NCBI GenBank assembly: GCA_964016885.1
Contig: OZ024741.1
Coordinates: 173,290,001 to 173,354,000, forward strand
Direction of reading: 5' to 3'
Length of the DNA stretch: 64,000 nucleotides
From: Eledone cirrhosa
Taxonomy: Eukaryota
Shown: one piece after another, positions 1-12,569 of the stretch
Numbering within the stretch: position 1 is the stretch's first letter
Layout of the letters: each line of letters starts with the position of its first letter
Notes under the pieces: model-generated
Database searches by the model: none
The model's input: only the letters and a program-made list of their open reading frames with translations
What the model was told of the DNA's origin: nothing
Position numbers and translations under genes: made by a program

Positions 1-51
1 CACATATATATATACATATATATATACATATATATATACATATATATATAC

Positions 52-84
<33 letters not shown>

Positions 85-103
85 CATATATATATGTATA
101 TAT

Positions 104-677
104 AACAAAGTGCAGGGCAATAAAGATAGACGGTAGTCACGGAATAGGCAGACCTAGAAAAACCTGGGACGAGCTGATAAACTCCGACATCACACACTTA
201 CACCTCTCCAAGACAATGTCACTCGACCGAGACCTTTGGCGGTACTCAGTAACAGAGAAGACCCGCCTTACCTAAATATATAGTAAAACCTACTCCAGCC
301 AGTAGGCATCTCTAACAAAATACACCCCGTCCCACCACCACCACCACCACCCCATCCACACCACCCCGTTCTATGTAAAGTTATGTTGGTGCCGCGCCAT
401 CGAGGCCGAAACAAATGAGATCGTGTAGGTGTCACGACAAAAAAACACACAGTCCACGCTGTAATGTGGCCGTGTAGGCAACACGGTAAAAACCTCCCAG
501 ACCCACACTGTAAATGTGGTTGGTGTTAGGAAGGGCATCCAACTGTAGAAAACCTGCCAGACAGTCCTATGCGAGCAAGACAATCACTCTTGCCTCAAGT
601 GGGACTACCCCCGTCCAAACCCATGCAAGCGTGGAACACGGACGTTAAATGTTGATGATGATGATGATGATGATGAT
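104..677 (+). mobile_element. RTE LINE 3' fragment with (GAT)n tail
   Basis: Encodes [24 protein letters not shown]...DRDLW, matching the C-terminus of the RTE at 2319-5437; shared 3' UTR ending gacgttaaa-(GAT)n; (TA)n on both sides. Confidence 0.85.
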
Positions 678-732
678 ATGTATATATATATATATATATA
701 TGTACATATATATATGTACATATATATATATG

Positions 733-805
<73 letters not shown>

Positions 806-827
806 GTACATATATATATATATGTAC

Positions 828-948
<121 letters not shown>

Positions 949-959
949 CATATATATAG

Positions 960-1014
<55 letters not shown>

Positions 1015-1016
1015 TC

Positions 1017-1057
<41 letters not shown>

Positions 1058-1062
<5 letters not shown>

Positions 1063-1552
1063 TGTATATATAGTGTATTTTGCAATACACTGTTTGCTTA
1101 ATTAAAAGCATTTCGAAGACCTTATGCTATTGTTTTAGAGTAGTGACATTCTCACTTACTTTAAATTTTCAGCAAACAGGGGGGAGATAAAGCTGTAGAG
1201 CTATGTTTCGTACTGATTGGTACTTATCAAAGCCAAGTACCCCACCTGTTTGCTGAAAATCATGAATGTTTGATTCTTATAGAATTTCTAGTAATAATCA
1301 GGAACTGATTATACAGAGCGGTTGCCGGTCAAGCAGAAATTGAAAATTAGAATTGGCACTCTGAAATAGCTATATAAATATATGAATGTATATACAGTGT
1401 ATTTTGCAATACACTGTATGCTTAATTAAAAGCATTTTGAAAACCTTTGAAGGTCTTCGAAATGCTTTTAATTAAGCATACAGTGTATTGCAAAATACAC
1501 TGTATATACATTCATATATATATATAGCTATTTCAGAGTGCCAATTCTAATT

Positions 1553-1555
<3 letters not shown>
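1058..1555. repeat. TA-embedded element: 66-nt direct repeat (1058-1123 / 1382-1447) plus ~107-bp-arm palindrome (1342-1555)
   Basis: atgaatgtatata...agcattt..gaa.acctt occurs twice directly and once inverted; palindrome centre at 1448/1449. Confidence 0.85.
1191..1234 (-). ncRNA. Degenerate type I hammerhead-like motif (U3:A8 core)
   Basis: Minus strand ggct-TTGATAA-gtac caatca gtac-GAAA-catagctctac-agct; stem III and cleavage triplet decayed; enclosed by a ~20-bp inverted repeat (1165-1184 / 1241-1260). Confidence 0.45.
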
Positions 1556-1603
<48 letters not shown>

Positions 1604-1670
1604 AGCGTGGAAGTTGGACGTTAAACGATGATGATGATGATGATGATGACATATATACACATATACACAC

Positions 1671-1709
<39 letters not shown>

Positions 1710-1764
1710 TACACACACACACACACACATATACATATATATACACACACATATATATATATAT

Positions 1765-1853
<89 letters not shown>

Positions 1854-1932
1854 TACATATATATATACACATATATATACACATATATACATATATATAT
1901 ATATATACACATATATATATATATACATATAC

Positions 1933-2001
<69 letters not shown>

Positions 2002-2020
2002 CACACATATATATACATAT

Positions 2021-5000
2021 CATCATCATCATCATCACCGTTTTACGTCCGTTCTTCCACGCTAGCATGGGTTAGACGGGTTGTCCTGTTGTGGGCAGTG
2101 TCTGGTCGGCTGACCATGCCTTGCTCATACAGGAACTGATCTGGCTTGATTTCTACAGCTGGATGCCCTTCCTAACACCAACCTCATTTACAGTGAGTGC
2201 TGGGTGCTTTTTCGTGGCGCCTACACGTCCACTTTACAGTGTGGGCTGGGTGCTTTTTTGCCGTGGCACCTCCACGACCACCTTGCGGTGGGGGGGGGGG
2301 GCATATTGTTTATATGCTTCAGCATGTACCCATGGGAGGTCGGGTACCCTGTATTACTGCGTGACGCCAGAAGTCACGGTCGTGTGTCATTGACTTTGAG
2401 AGGTGTAGTTGGGTAAGGTCGGCTTTTATCACCTCATCCCAAGTCATCTTGGGTCTCCCCACTCCGCGGTTTCCATCAACTTCTAGTGCTCTGCACCTTT
2501 TTATGCAGCTGTCATCCTTCATACGCATCACATGTCCATACCAGCGTAACCGCCTCTCCTGCACGCAGCATTTGATTCCTCTTATGCTCAGTCTCTCTCT
2601 CAATTCCTTTATGCTTTGTCGTTCACGTATATTACTGTTACACATCCATCGGAGCATGCAGGCTTCGTTTCTCTCTAATCTACGTAAGTCTTCCACCTTC
2701 AGCGCCCAGGTCTCACTACCATGCAACATCGCTGTTCGGATACACGCATCATACAGTCTGCCTTTCATACTGAGGGAGAAGCCTTTTGCAGCTAGCAGTG
2801 GTAGTAGTTCGCTAAACTTCTTCCATCCCGTTCTTACCCTAGTTATTGTACTTTCTGAGCACCCACCTCCGTTGCTAATTCGGTCACCTAGGTAGCAGAA
2901 GCTGTCTACTGTTTCTACAGGGCCCTCCCAGAGATTGGTGGTACTTGTTTCCTGTGGCTGTTTGCTTGCTGTCCCAGCACAGCTGCTGCATGTGAATCCT
3001 ACATTCTTAATTAAGCTTCCTGAGATCCCGCTACATCTCTTGTGTACCCATTGTTTGCATTTGGGGCAGAGAATGGAGTTCCTACCTACACCTTTCCTAC
3101 ATACTGAGCAAGGCCATTTCCCTGAGGGGATCTGGGTTCTGTTTTCTCGTCTACTTATAAGGACCTTAGTCTTTGTCATGTTGACTTTGAGGCCCTTTCT
3201 CTCTAGTCCCTGCTTCCAGGTTTGGAATTTATTCTCTAGTTCTACCATAGATTCAGCTATGAGTGCGAGGTCATCAGCATACAGGAGTTCCCATGGGCAT
3301 CCGGTCTTAAACTCCTCCGTTATTACCTGCAGGACTATGATGAATAGGAGAGGGCTAAGAACAGAGCCCTGGTGGACCCCAACCTGTACGCTAAATTCCT
3401 CGCTATACTCATTGCCAATCCTAACTTTGCTGACTGCTCCCCTATACATGGCTTGTACCGCTTTCACAAGCCATTCATCTACTCCTAGTTTTCTAAGAGC
3501 CCACCAGATTACTGCACGTGGAACTCTGTCAAAGGCTTTCTCAAGGTCGACAAATGCCAAGTAGAGTGGCTTACTTTAGCTAGGTACTTTTCCTGTAATT
3601 GCCTCACAAGGAAGAAGGCATCAGTGGTGCCTTTCCCTGGTACAAACCCAAATTGCATCTCGTCTATATTCACCCGGTCCCTAATCAGCTGTGCTATAAC
3701 TCTTTCTGTTACTTTCATGACCTGGTCCATCAACTTTATACCTCTATAGTTTCCTCTATCTAGTGCATCGCCTTTACCTTTGTAGCAGTTGACAATGATG
3801 CTACTGCACCAATCTTTTGGTATGGCCCCCTCTAGTATTACCTGGTTAACGATACGTGTGGTTATAGTGTGACCTACAGACCCAGATGCCTTCAGCATCT
3901 CGGCAGCTATACCCGATGGACCGGTTGCCTTCCCTATCTTCATATCTCTGATTGCCTTACTTACTACGCTGCCGCTGACTTGTACTGCTGGTCCCTCTAT
4001 AGGGTCTACGTGGGGTAGGGTCTCTTCTTCCCATGCATTCTCCTCATTTAGTAATCTATCATAATGACTCTTCCATGCATCTTTCTTCTCAGCACTTGTG
4101 AGGGCAAGCTCACCTTTATCATTCCGGATACACTTCTCTCCAATGACATCACAACTATCTCTGACACACTGCCTCGCAATCTTGAATACCTCCTGTTTCT
4201 GGTCCTCACGTTGTAAAACATGCTTGAATTTTCTATCCTCTGCTTCCCTCCTAGCTAAGTATACTTGTCGCCTAGCTTCCCTCTTGGTCTCTATGTAATG
4301 TACCCTGCTCCCCCCGTTCTTCCATTCTTTCGATGCCTGTCTCTTGGCCTTGACTGCTTCATCTACCTTATTGTTCCACCACCAAGTCACTCTCCTCCTG
4401 CTTGAGGTCTTACTCCAGCCACAAACCTCATCCGTCGCCTCTAGTAAGTTATTTTTTAGGAACTCCCAGTTCTCTTCTACGTTAAATGTCTCTATCTGTT
4501 CTTCTTTACTGTCGTAGGCGTTGAGTAAAATATCTTTAAATCTGTTACTGGTTGAGGGGACTTTCAGCTTCCAGATCTTTCTTCTCCAGGTTGGCCTCTG
4601 TTTCAGGGCTCGTCTAGTTCTGACCGTGAGGTCGCTGACAACTAAGCTATGTTGGGATGTACATTCCTCACTAGGGAAGGCTTTTGTGTTTACGACCGTC
4701 CATCTGTCACGTCCTCTGATGAGGATAAAATCTAACTGACTAGAGTGCTCCCCTGATCTATAGGTGATCAGGTGGTTGTCGGGTTTTTTAAAGTTTGTGT
4801 TACATATCGACATGTCATTGGCGTCGCAGAATTCTAGAAGTCTGAATCCTTCCTCATTCCTTGTGCCAACTCCATGGCCTCCATGTACTCTATTGAAGCC
4901 GTCGCAGTGTTTACCTACGTGTCCGTTAAAATCTCCTGCAATGATTAGGAAGTCCTTGTCGTCTGTTAGAGCAATAGTGTGTATTAGGGACTCGTAAAAC

Positions 5001-5940
5001 CTATCCTTAAGTTCGTCTGGCAGCCCCGATTGGGGTGCGTAAGCTGATATTATTGTGGTAATTGTCTTATTCAGGACTAGTCTGAGTTTAATGATTCTTG
5101 CATTTACCCTGTACACTGAGATTACTTTATCTACCCACTTGTCAGCTAATAGTATACCTACACCACCCATCCCATCGTCATTTCCCACCCAGAAAAATTT
5201 GTAGCACTGGCTTTTTCCTACAAGGACTCTAGCAGACCCTCCTCTCCATCTAGTCTCTTGCACACAGCATACATCAACTTCCTTTCGCTCTAGCATTTCT
5301 ACGATTTCTCCTGCTCTTCCTTTCATTGAGCCTACATTGATGGTACCAACTCGGAGTTTTGGGCATTTGTCGACACTCGTAGGGGAGGGTCTCTGGGTTG
5401 GCGCTTCACGTGGGTGCTTGGTAGCTCGCAGATTCATATTTCATCTATTGATTCAGAGTTGCTCGTGTATTCCCAGCTCATCCATCCATAACGGTGGGAA
5501 AATTGAGGGCTAGAAGAACAGTGGTGGTGGGGTAATGGCAGGGTGTGTTGGGATGCGCCAGAGGAGGAGAGAGTTAGTTAGGCAGGTAGTAACAGCAGCA
5601 GTGGAAATGGCATGCTAGGTTTGATTGGTCGAATAGACTATGGTGGTGTGTGGGGGTGGGGGGGAGGGAAATTGTGAGGTAGGAACTGAGGGTCGCATGG
5701 TAAATATCCAAGTTAATACTACATCAGTAAAATTAACAATAATAACGTCATGAAAAACTACTAAGAGAAACCCTCGAAAATTTATCGCTAATACAGCAGG
5801 GAAAATTTAACGCTAATACAGCAGGGAACATCATAATATTAACGACAATATGTAGGCTAAAATACCTTCGTAGATTAGATGGATGGCTGGAAAAATTGGA
5901 ATCAGCTCTAGTGATACATTTTAGCAGAGAAGAATGGGAA
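2021..5940 (-). mobile_element. Near full-length RTE-clade LINE
   Basis: Long ORF region, 3' UTR ending in (GAT)n at 2021-2037, (TA)n flanks; 5' boundary approximate. Confidence 0.9.
2319..5437 (-). pseudogene. RTE ORF: AP endonuclease + reverse transcriptase + PHD-like finger, with one frameshift near 3576
   Basis: APE motifs GTINVGSM, CCVQETRW, SAYAPQ, GDFNGH, LDFIL; RT motifs [39 protein letters not shown]; ORFs 3509-5437 and 2319-3560 join at [13 protein letters not shown]. Confidence 0.93.
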
Positions 5941-5947
5941 AGTGTCT

Positions 5948-5980
<33 letters not shown>

Positions 5981-6105
5981 ATATTTATATACTTATATAT
6001 ATATACATATACATATACATATATATATATATATATATACACACACATACACATACACACACATATACACATATACACACATACACATATATACATGTTT
6101 ACTCA

Positions 6106-6702
6106 AGAGAAGACTATGTTGGTACGGTCACGTGATGCGCATGAAAGACGACAGCTGTATAAAAAAGTGCAGGGCAATAAAAATAGACGGTAGCCACGGA
6201 GTAGGCAGAACCAGAAAAACCTGGGACGACTTAATAAATTCCGACCTCACACACTTACACCTCTCCAAGACAATGTCACTGGACCGAGATCTTTGGGGCT
6301 ACACAGTAATACAGAAGACCCGCCTTGCCTAAGTACAAAGCGAAACCTACAACAGTAGACACCTCTAACAAAATACACCCCCGTCCCACCACCCCACCCC
6401 ATCCACACCACCCCTTTCGATGTAAAGTTATGTTGGTACCACAACATCCAGTCTGAAATAAATGAGGTCGTGTAGGAGTCACGAAAAAAAAATACAGTCC
6501 ACGCTGTAATGTGGCCGTGTAGGTAACACGGTAAAAACCTCCCAGTCCACACTGTAAACGTGGTTGGTGTTAGGAAGGGCATTCAGCCATAGAAAACCCG
6601 CCAGACAGTCCTTTACGAGCAAGACAACCAATCTTGCCTCAAGTGAGAGAATTCCCGTCCAAACCCATGCAAGCATGGAAGATGGACGTTAAACGATGAT
6701 AA

Positions 6703-6705
<3 letters not shown>
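6106..6705 (+). mobile_element. RTE LINE 3' fragment
   Basis: [22 protein letters not shown]...WDD, 3' UTR nearly the same as 104-677, short GAT tail. Confidence 0.85.
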
Positions 6706-6751
<46 letters not shown>

Positions 6752-6771
6752 TATATATATATATATATATG

Positions 6772-6818
<47 letters not shown>

Positions 6819-6981
6819 ATATACACGTAAAATACATATACATATATACATATACACATACATACACACACAAATACACATATACACACATATATACACA
6901 CATACACACACATATATATATATATACGTGGGAAAGTAAGAAATCGGAGAATAGACCGTTAAAACATATTTATTTAAAACA

Positions 6982-7021
6982 GCACCTACGTACGTTTCGC
7001 CCGGTTGGGCTTCTCAAGGGC
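6982..7021 (-). ncRNA. Minimal type I hammerhead ribozyme, U3:A8 core variant
   Basis: Minus strand gccc-TTGAGAA-gccc aacc gggc-GAAA-cgtacg-TA-gg(t)gc; 4-bp GC stem II, palindromic stem III, GUA triplet, AATAAA just downstream; lies in TA-flanked segment 6927-7466. Confidence 0.75.
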
Positions 7022-7469
7022 ATAAATAATCAAAAGTCTTCCTTACATTGCTCGGAAAGAATTTTTGGGTTTAAATCTACGTCTAGGTTCATTGCTCGCA
7101 AAAATAGCTTGTTTTGATTTTGCAGCAGGTCAAGGGAGGTAACTCTGGCCGGTGTTAGGGCAGTCGTTCCCGGACAAATTTTTTTATCCACTGCGAGATG
7201 AGGTTACAACCTTACCATTGTCGATACGCATGTAATCAACGCTTATTTTGAGAGTTTTTTTTGCTGCATCTGTTTGTTTGAGTCGTTTGAGGCTGGGTCT
7301 AGTATGCAAGGATAGTTTCCTGGGTGTTATTTTGCAGCGCCTGCCCGCCGGGGTGTTAAGACTTGTTGCAGGGAGATCCGGTGCACGGTTACACTCCTCA
7401 TCCTTAACCCATCTGAAGAAGGATATTTTTAAGCGATGTGTACAACTTATCGCTGTTTCAGCGCATGTG

Positions 7470-7495
7470 TATATATATATATATGTGTGTATTTG

Positions 7496-7559
<64 letters not shown>

Positions 7560-7582
7560 CAAATACACACATATATATATAT

Positions 7583-7613
<31 letters not shown>

Positions 7614-7690
7614 CACACAAATACACACATATATACATATATACACACATATATATATACATATATATATATATTTATATATATATATAC

Positions 7691-7763
<73 letters not shown>

Positions 7764-8142
7764 CACACATATATACATACACACACACACATACACATAC
7801 ACACACACATATACATATACACACATACATATATATATATATATATACACACACATACACAGAGAGAGGACAAGTAATCGCACCTACACACAGCGATATG
7901 CATACAAACGAACGGCCACTCATACAAATACATACAAATAAGTACTCATATACACAGGCGCATAAAAACAGCTCCACAAGCAGAAAATGCAGATAGGTAA
8001 GAGCTACTCACATAACCATAGTGGCCGTATTTCAGGTTGAGGAGTGGTGGGGTGGTGTGTCGAAGGAGGTAGAGGGGCTAAAGGGGGAAGTCGTTTTTAG
8101 CCATCGGGCATTAACACTGGCTTAAGGTATTTGAAAGTTGCA
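7470..8142 (-). mobile_element. Inverted fragment of the Penelope-like element 3' region (ORF end, 3' UTR and its microsatellite)
   Basis: 7860-8142 is the reverse complement of ~12015-12285 with few differences; the interruption pattern of the adjacent microsatellite is also shared. Confidence 0.85.
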
Positions 8143-8200
8143 ACATATATATATATATATATAATATATAAGATCAAAAGATGGTTAAAAGAATTCCATG

Positions 8201-8271
8201 TATTTTATTATGCGCATTTCAAAAACAAATATCATCATGCAATAACATTTGTGTTTTCATCAGATAAAATA
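8201..8271 (-). ncRNA. Type I hammerhead ribozyme (mirror of 8390-8460)
   Basis: Reverse complement of 8390-8460. Confidence 0.85.
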
Positions 8272-8389
8272 GGAAGACATGATATGAAGGTTAAAAAACA
8301 CTTGTGAATAGTGCAGTTTTAAATCAACATATGTTGATTTAAAACTGCACTATTCACAAATGTTTTTTAACCTTCATATCATGTCTTCC

Positions 8390-8460
8390 TATTTTATCTG
8401 ATGAAAACACAAATGTTATTGCATGATGATATTTGTTTTTGAAATGCGCATAATAAAATA
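8390..8460 (+). ncRNA. Type I hammerhead ribozyme
   Basis: tattttat-CTGATGA-[16-bp stem II, one mismatch]-GAAA-tgcgca-TA-ataaaata; perfect 8-bp stem I, palindromic stem III, AUA triplet. Confidence 0.87.
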
Positions 8461-8547
8461 CATGGAACTCTTTTAACCATCTTTTGATCTTATATATATA
8501 TGAAATTACAGGAGGCTGGACTTGTGTAAATCCTTGAAAGGTTTATT

Positions 8548-8605
8548 ATACTATGATCATTTCAATGACCGGGTTCCGTATGAATCCGGTGATATCATCA
8601 GGTAT
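8548..8605 (-). ncRNA. Type I hammerhead ribozyme (mirror of 8772-8829)
   Basis: Reverse complement of 8772-8829. Confidence 0.8.
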
Positions 8606-8771
8606 TCGAAATATAATAAATGAATGTAATAGATAAAATCCATCTAGCATCTTCCACCTTTGCCTTGAGGGCGACCGGCAAAGGTGGAAGATGCTAGATG
8701 GTGGTCGTCCTCCGGTCTTTGATTTTCAACCCCATGGATTTTATCTATTACATTCATTTATTATATTTCGA

Positions 8772-8829
8772 ATACCTGATGATATCACCGGATTCATACG
8801 GAACCCGGTCATTGAAATGATCATAGTAT
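8772..8829 (+). ncRNA. Type I hammerhead ribozyme
   Basis: atac-CTGATGA-[tatc accgg attcatacggaac ccggt catt]-GAAA-tgatca-TA-gtat, then AATAAA. Confidence 0.8.
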
Positions 8830-8978
8830 AATAAACCTTTCAAGGATTTACACAAGTCCAGCCTCCTGTAATTTCATTATAATTATATATATATATATAT
8901 ATATGTATATGTATATATATGTATATATATATATGTATATATGTATGTGTGTGTATGTATTTATATGTATGTATATAT

Positions 8979-9033
<55 letters not shown>

Positions 9034-9054
9034 ATATATATATATATATATATG

Positions 9055-9111
<57 letters not shown>

Positions 9112-9741
9112 ATGTGTGTGTATGTGTATATATATATAATATATATGTGTATATGTGTGTATGTATGTATATATGTATGTGTATATGTCTGTATATGTGT
9201 ATATATATATATATATGTGTATATGTATATATATGTGTATATATATATATATGTGTGTGTGTGGGTGCGTGTGGGTGCGTGTGTGTGTGTGTGTTTGTGA
9301 ATGTGTCTGTTGACACCTGGAATATAGCTTAAGAGAAATTTGAAGATAATGATATGATAAGCACCCAATATTTTGAACTGGTCTATAGAATTCTTTTGGC
9401 CTTTGTCACTCTAAGTAGAACTTTAAAGAATTAGCTTTTAAAGAATTTCCCTTTTCTTTAAATCCTTCAACCATGTCCGACCCCCAATGATCTTATAGAC
9501 ACCTGAAATACAGGCATTGCTAGCTTAAGAGAAATTTAAAAATAAGGAGTGGCATGCCAATCAGAACTTGTTTATAGAATTCTTTCTGCCTTTGTCACTC
9601 TAAATATAAATTATAGCTTTAAAGAATTAGCTTTTAATGAATTTCCTTTTCTATCAACCAATGAACTCTACCTATCCCACTCCCCACCCTCTCCTACCAC
9701 CTGAAAAGACCTATATATACCACTTTTATCTTTGGATACCC

Positions 9742-9792
9742 AGATTCCTGATGATTTCTAAAGAATGAAATAGTTCTAGTCCTGTAGAATCT
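9742..9792 (+). ncRNA. Type I hammerhead ribozyme in upstream pseudo-LTR
   Basis: agattc-CTGATGA-tttctaaagaat-GAAA-tag ttctagtc ctg-TA-gaatct; 6-bp stem I extendable by tggat/atcta; GUA triplet. Confidence 0.78.
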
Positions 9793-9922
9793 CATCTATA
9801 TTAAAACTTTTATACTCAGCTATGTATTGCGTACCTTACTTACTGTGGTTACCTCCGATTCAACCCAGAAAAACGTACGTTTTAGCACCCTCTGTTCCCC
9901 TTATAACCATCACCAAGAAACT

Positions 9923-12069
9923 ATGCTGACCATACTCGACCTTGATGTCTCCATGAAGAACATCCCCATCCCTCCAAGGAAACTTTACTTAAAAACACTC
10001 ATCAGACGTACCGATGAGTTCATCAAGCGAATTAGACGGAGAGCCTTCTTCCTCGACAACCCTGATGTAGCATCTATCAATGATGAGAAGTTCAGCTTCA
10101 AAACGAATAAGGCATCACCCACCAACAGCCTACTTGAACCATTTGAAGAGTACCTCTTCAAGATGATCAAAGATATCAAATTCCGTAGAGCCACTACACC
10201 ATTCCAGGCCTACTTAAATACTGAATTGCGGAATATAAAAAAATCCCCTAATCTTCATGTCTCCTCTGATAAAACCAAAAACGTTTATGAGGTAGACATA
10301 AGCTGGCAAAAAATGCCATCACAACCACCTACAAAAAGGTAATAGAGATGGCATTGACTGAGACAAATGCGGCCGGAAAAGAAATCGCCAAGTCCCTTAA
10401 ATTACATGACCGAACCGAACCTTTCAGGGTAAAGAGCCCGCACTTTACCCTGAAGGACCATAAGGGAAACTTCCTCAACAAACCATCAGTCAGACTTATC
10501 AACTCCACTCGTTCAGACATCGGCTCTATCAGTAAGAAGATCTTAGATAGAGTTCTACCATCATTGCGAGCTGCCTCACCACTCCCACTCTGGAGCAGAA
10601 CATCTGAGGCAATATCCAAGTTCCAAGATTTACCCGGCAAACGCCACACTTGCTTCCTGCAACTCGACATAGAAAAGTACTATGCTTCTATCTCGGAGCC
10701 CCTCCTGAAGGACACAATTACCTTTGCCAGGAATTTTACCACTATTACCGATGCTGAGCAAGTTGTTAGTCTCCACGCCCGTAACACCTTTCTATACCAC
10801 GATGGATCTTACTGGATCAACAAGAAGTCTCAGACCCCATTTGACATCAGCATGGGAGCGAGTGACTCGGCTGAAATTAGCGACCTTGTGGGCTTGTACA
10901 TTTTACATCACCTGAAGAACCTCTTTACTGGCCTAACCGGAGGTTTATACCAAGACGACGGCCTCTTCGCCCTGCACAAGGTTAACCCCAGAACCACCGA
11001 TGGGTTTCAGAGAAACTTAAGCTCGTTCTTCTCTAATCTAGGATTTAATATAACTATAGAATCTAATATGACTAGGGCTAACTTCTTAGATGTCACTCTC
11101 GACCTAGATACTTCCCTCTATTACCCGTACCACAAACCTAACGAGTCCCTTAGATATATTAATGTTAATTCTAACCACCCCAAAAACATCACTGATAACT
11201 TAGTAAAAAGCGTCTCTATTAGAATCTCTGGCCTCTCGGCCAATGAAGATATTTTTAACGCCTCTGCCTCCTACTACAATGATGCCCTCGCCTGCAGCGG
11301 ATTTAAAGAAAAGATAACCTACCTAGAAACCACTGCAAGACTGCAGAGGAGGAATAGGCATAGGCAGATTAGCTAGTACAACCCTCCCTTCAACAGAGAG
11401 GTCTCTACACCTATAGCTAGGATTTTCTTCACTTTGCTGAAAGCACACTTCCCCATACAACATAGGTACTACACCATCTTTAATAAGAACACAATAAAAC
11501 TCTCCTACTCCACCACACCCAACCTAGCTAGGAATATAGCCAATCACAATTCTAAAAAATTAAATAAGCCAACCACCTCCGAACCCAATCCCCGGACTGG
11601 GGCCTTGTGTAATTGCCTAAATAAGGAAGCCTGCCCACTTGAAAACAAATGCCTGACAAATGATATCGTATACATATGCGATGTCATCTCAGGCACCGAT
11701 GATTGCAACAACAAAAAGACTTACATCGGCATGACTTCCAATAACTTTAAGACCCGTTGGTATGCCCATACCCACTCCTTCAAAAGACCGGACAAATAAA
11801 AAAAGACAACACTCGCCTCCTATGTTTGGGACCTCAAAAGGAACTCCACCCCCTTCACGCTTAAATGGAAAATACTCCAGAAAGCGCGCTCTTACAACGG
11901 AGGACACAAGGGCTGCGACTTTTGTATCTCAGAGAGCTACAAAATTTTATTCGCCAAGGCCCTGCTACTGAACAAACTCTCTGAACATTGCCCGAACTGC
12001 ATGCACAAGAACTATGCAACTTTCAAATACCTTAAGTGCCCGATGGCTAAAAACGACTTCCCTCTTTAG
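9923..12069 (+). pseudogene. Penelope-like RT + C-terminal GIY-YIG endonuclease (frameshift near 10300-10345; stops at 11374 and 11797)
   Basis: SMKNIPIP, LQLDIEKYYASI, FDISMGASDSAEISDLVGLYIL, YQDDG, NFLDVTLDL, SNHP, *YNPPF, CNCLNKEACPLENKC, IVY...TYIGMT, KTRWYAH, LASYVWDLK, CDFCISE, LLNK. Confidence 0.92.
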
Positions 12070-12358
12070 CCTCTCTACATCCTTCCCACACCACCCCACC
12101 CCTCCTCAACCTGAAATACGGCCACTATGGTTATGTGAGTAGCTCTTACGTTTCTGCATTTTCTGCTTGTAGAGCTGTTCTTATGTGCCTGTGTATATGA
12201 GTACTTATTTGTATGTATTTGTATGAGTGGCCATTCGTTTGTATGCATATCGCTGTGTGTAGGTGCGATTACTTGTCCTCTCTGTGTGTATATTTATATT
12301 TATTTGTATGTATATATGGTCTTGTGTATGTGTGTGTATATATGTGTGTGTATGTGTG

Positions 12359-12433
<75 letters not shown>

Positions 12434-12514
12434 GTGTATATGTATATGTGTGTGTGTATGTGTATATGTGTGTGTGTATGTATATATGTGTGTGTATATA
12501 TATATATATATATG

Positions 12515-12569
<55 letters not shown>

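Larger units (their letters stand above)
8164..8497. repeat. Spacer-less palindrome with ~167-bp arms
   Basis: Centre caacat|atgttg at 8330/8331; two mismatches seen; TA flanks. Confidence 0.95.
8500..8877. repeat. Inverted repeat with 144-bp arms (8500-8643 / 8734-8877) and a nested 25-bp hairpin (8640-8701)
   Basis: Arms are reverse complements; inner ccatctagcatcttccacctttgcc / ggcaaaggtggaagatgctagatgg. Confidence 0.95.

Noticed and set aside
1304-1375. Plus-strand HHR (CTGATTA...GAAA-tagcta-TA)
   Set aside because: Core mismatch, extra bases before stem II and no stem I pairing
7184-7465. Unique ORF tail next to the U3:A8 HHR
   Set aside because: No recognisable motifs; the ORF start lies in a microsatellite
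11374-11799. Programmed read-through or selenocysteine in the Penelope ORF
   Set aside because: Stops are TAG (replacing the conserved Trp of WYNPPF) and TAA, not TGA, and there is also a frameshift; ordinary decay
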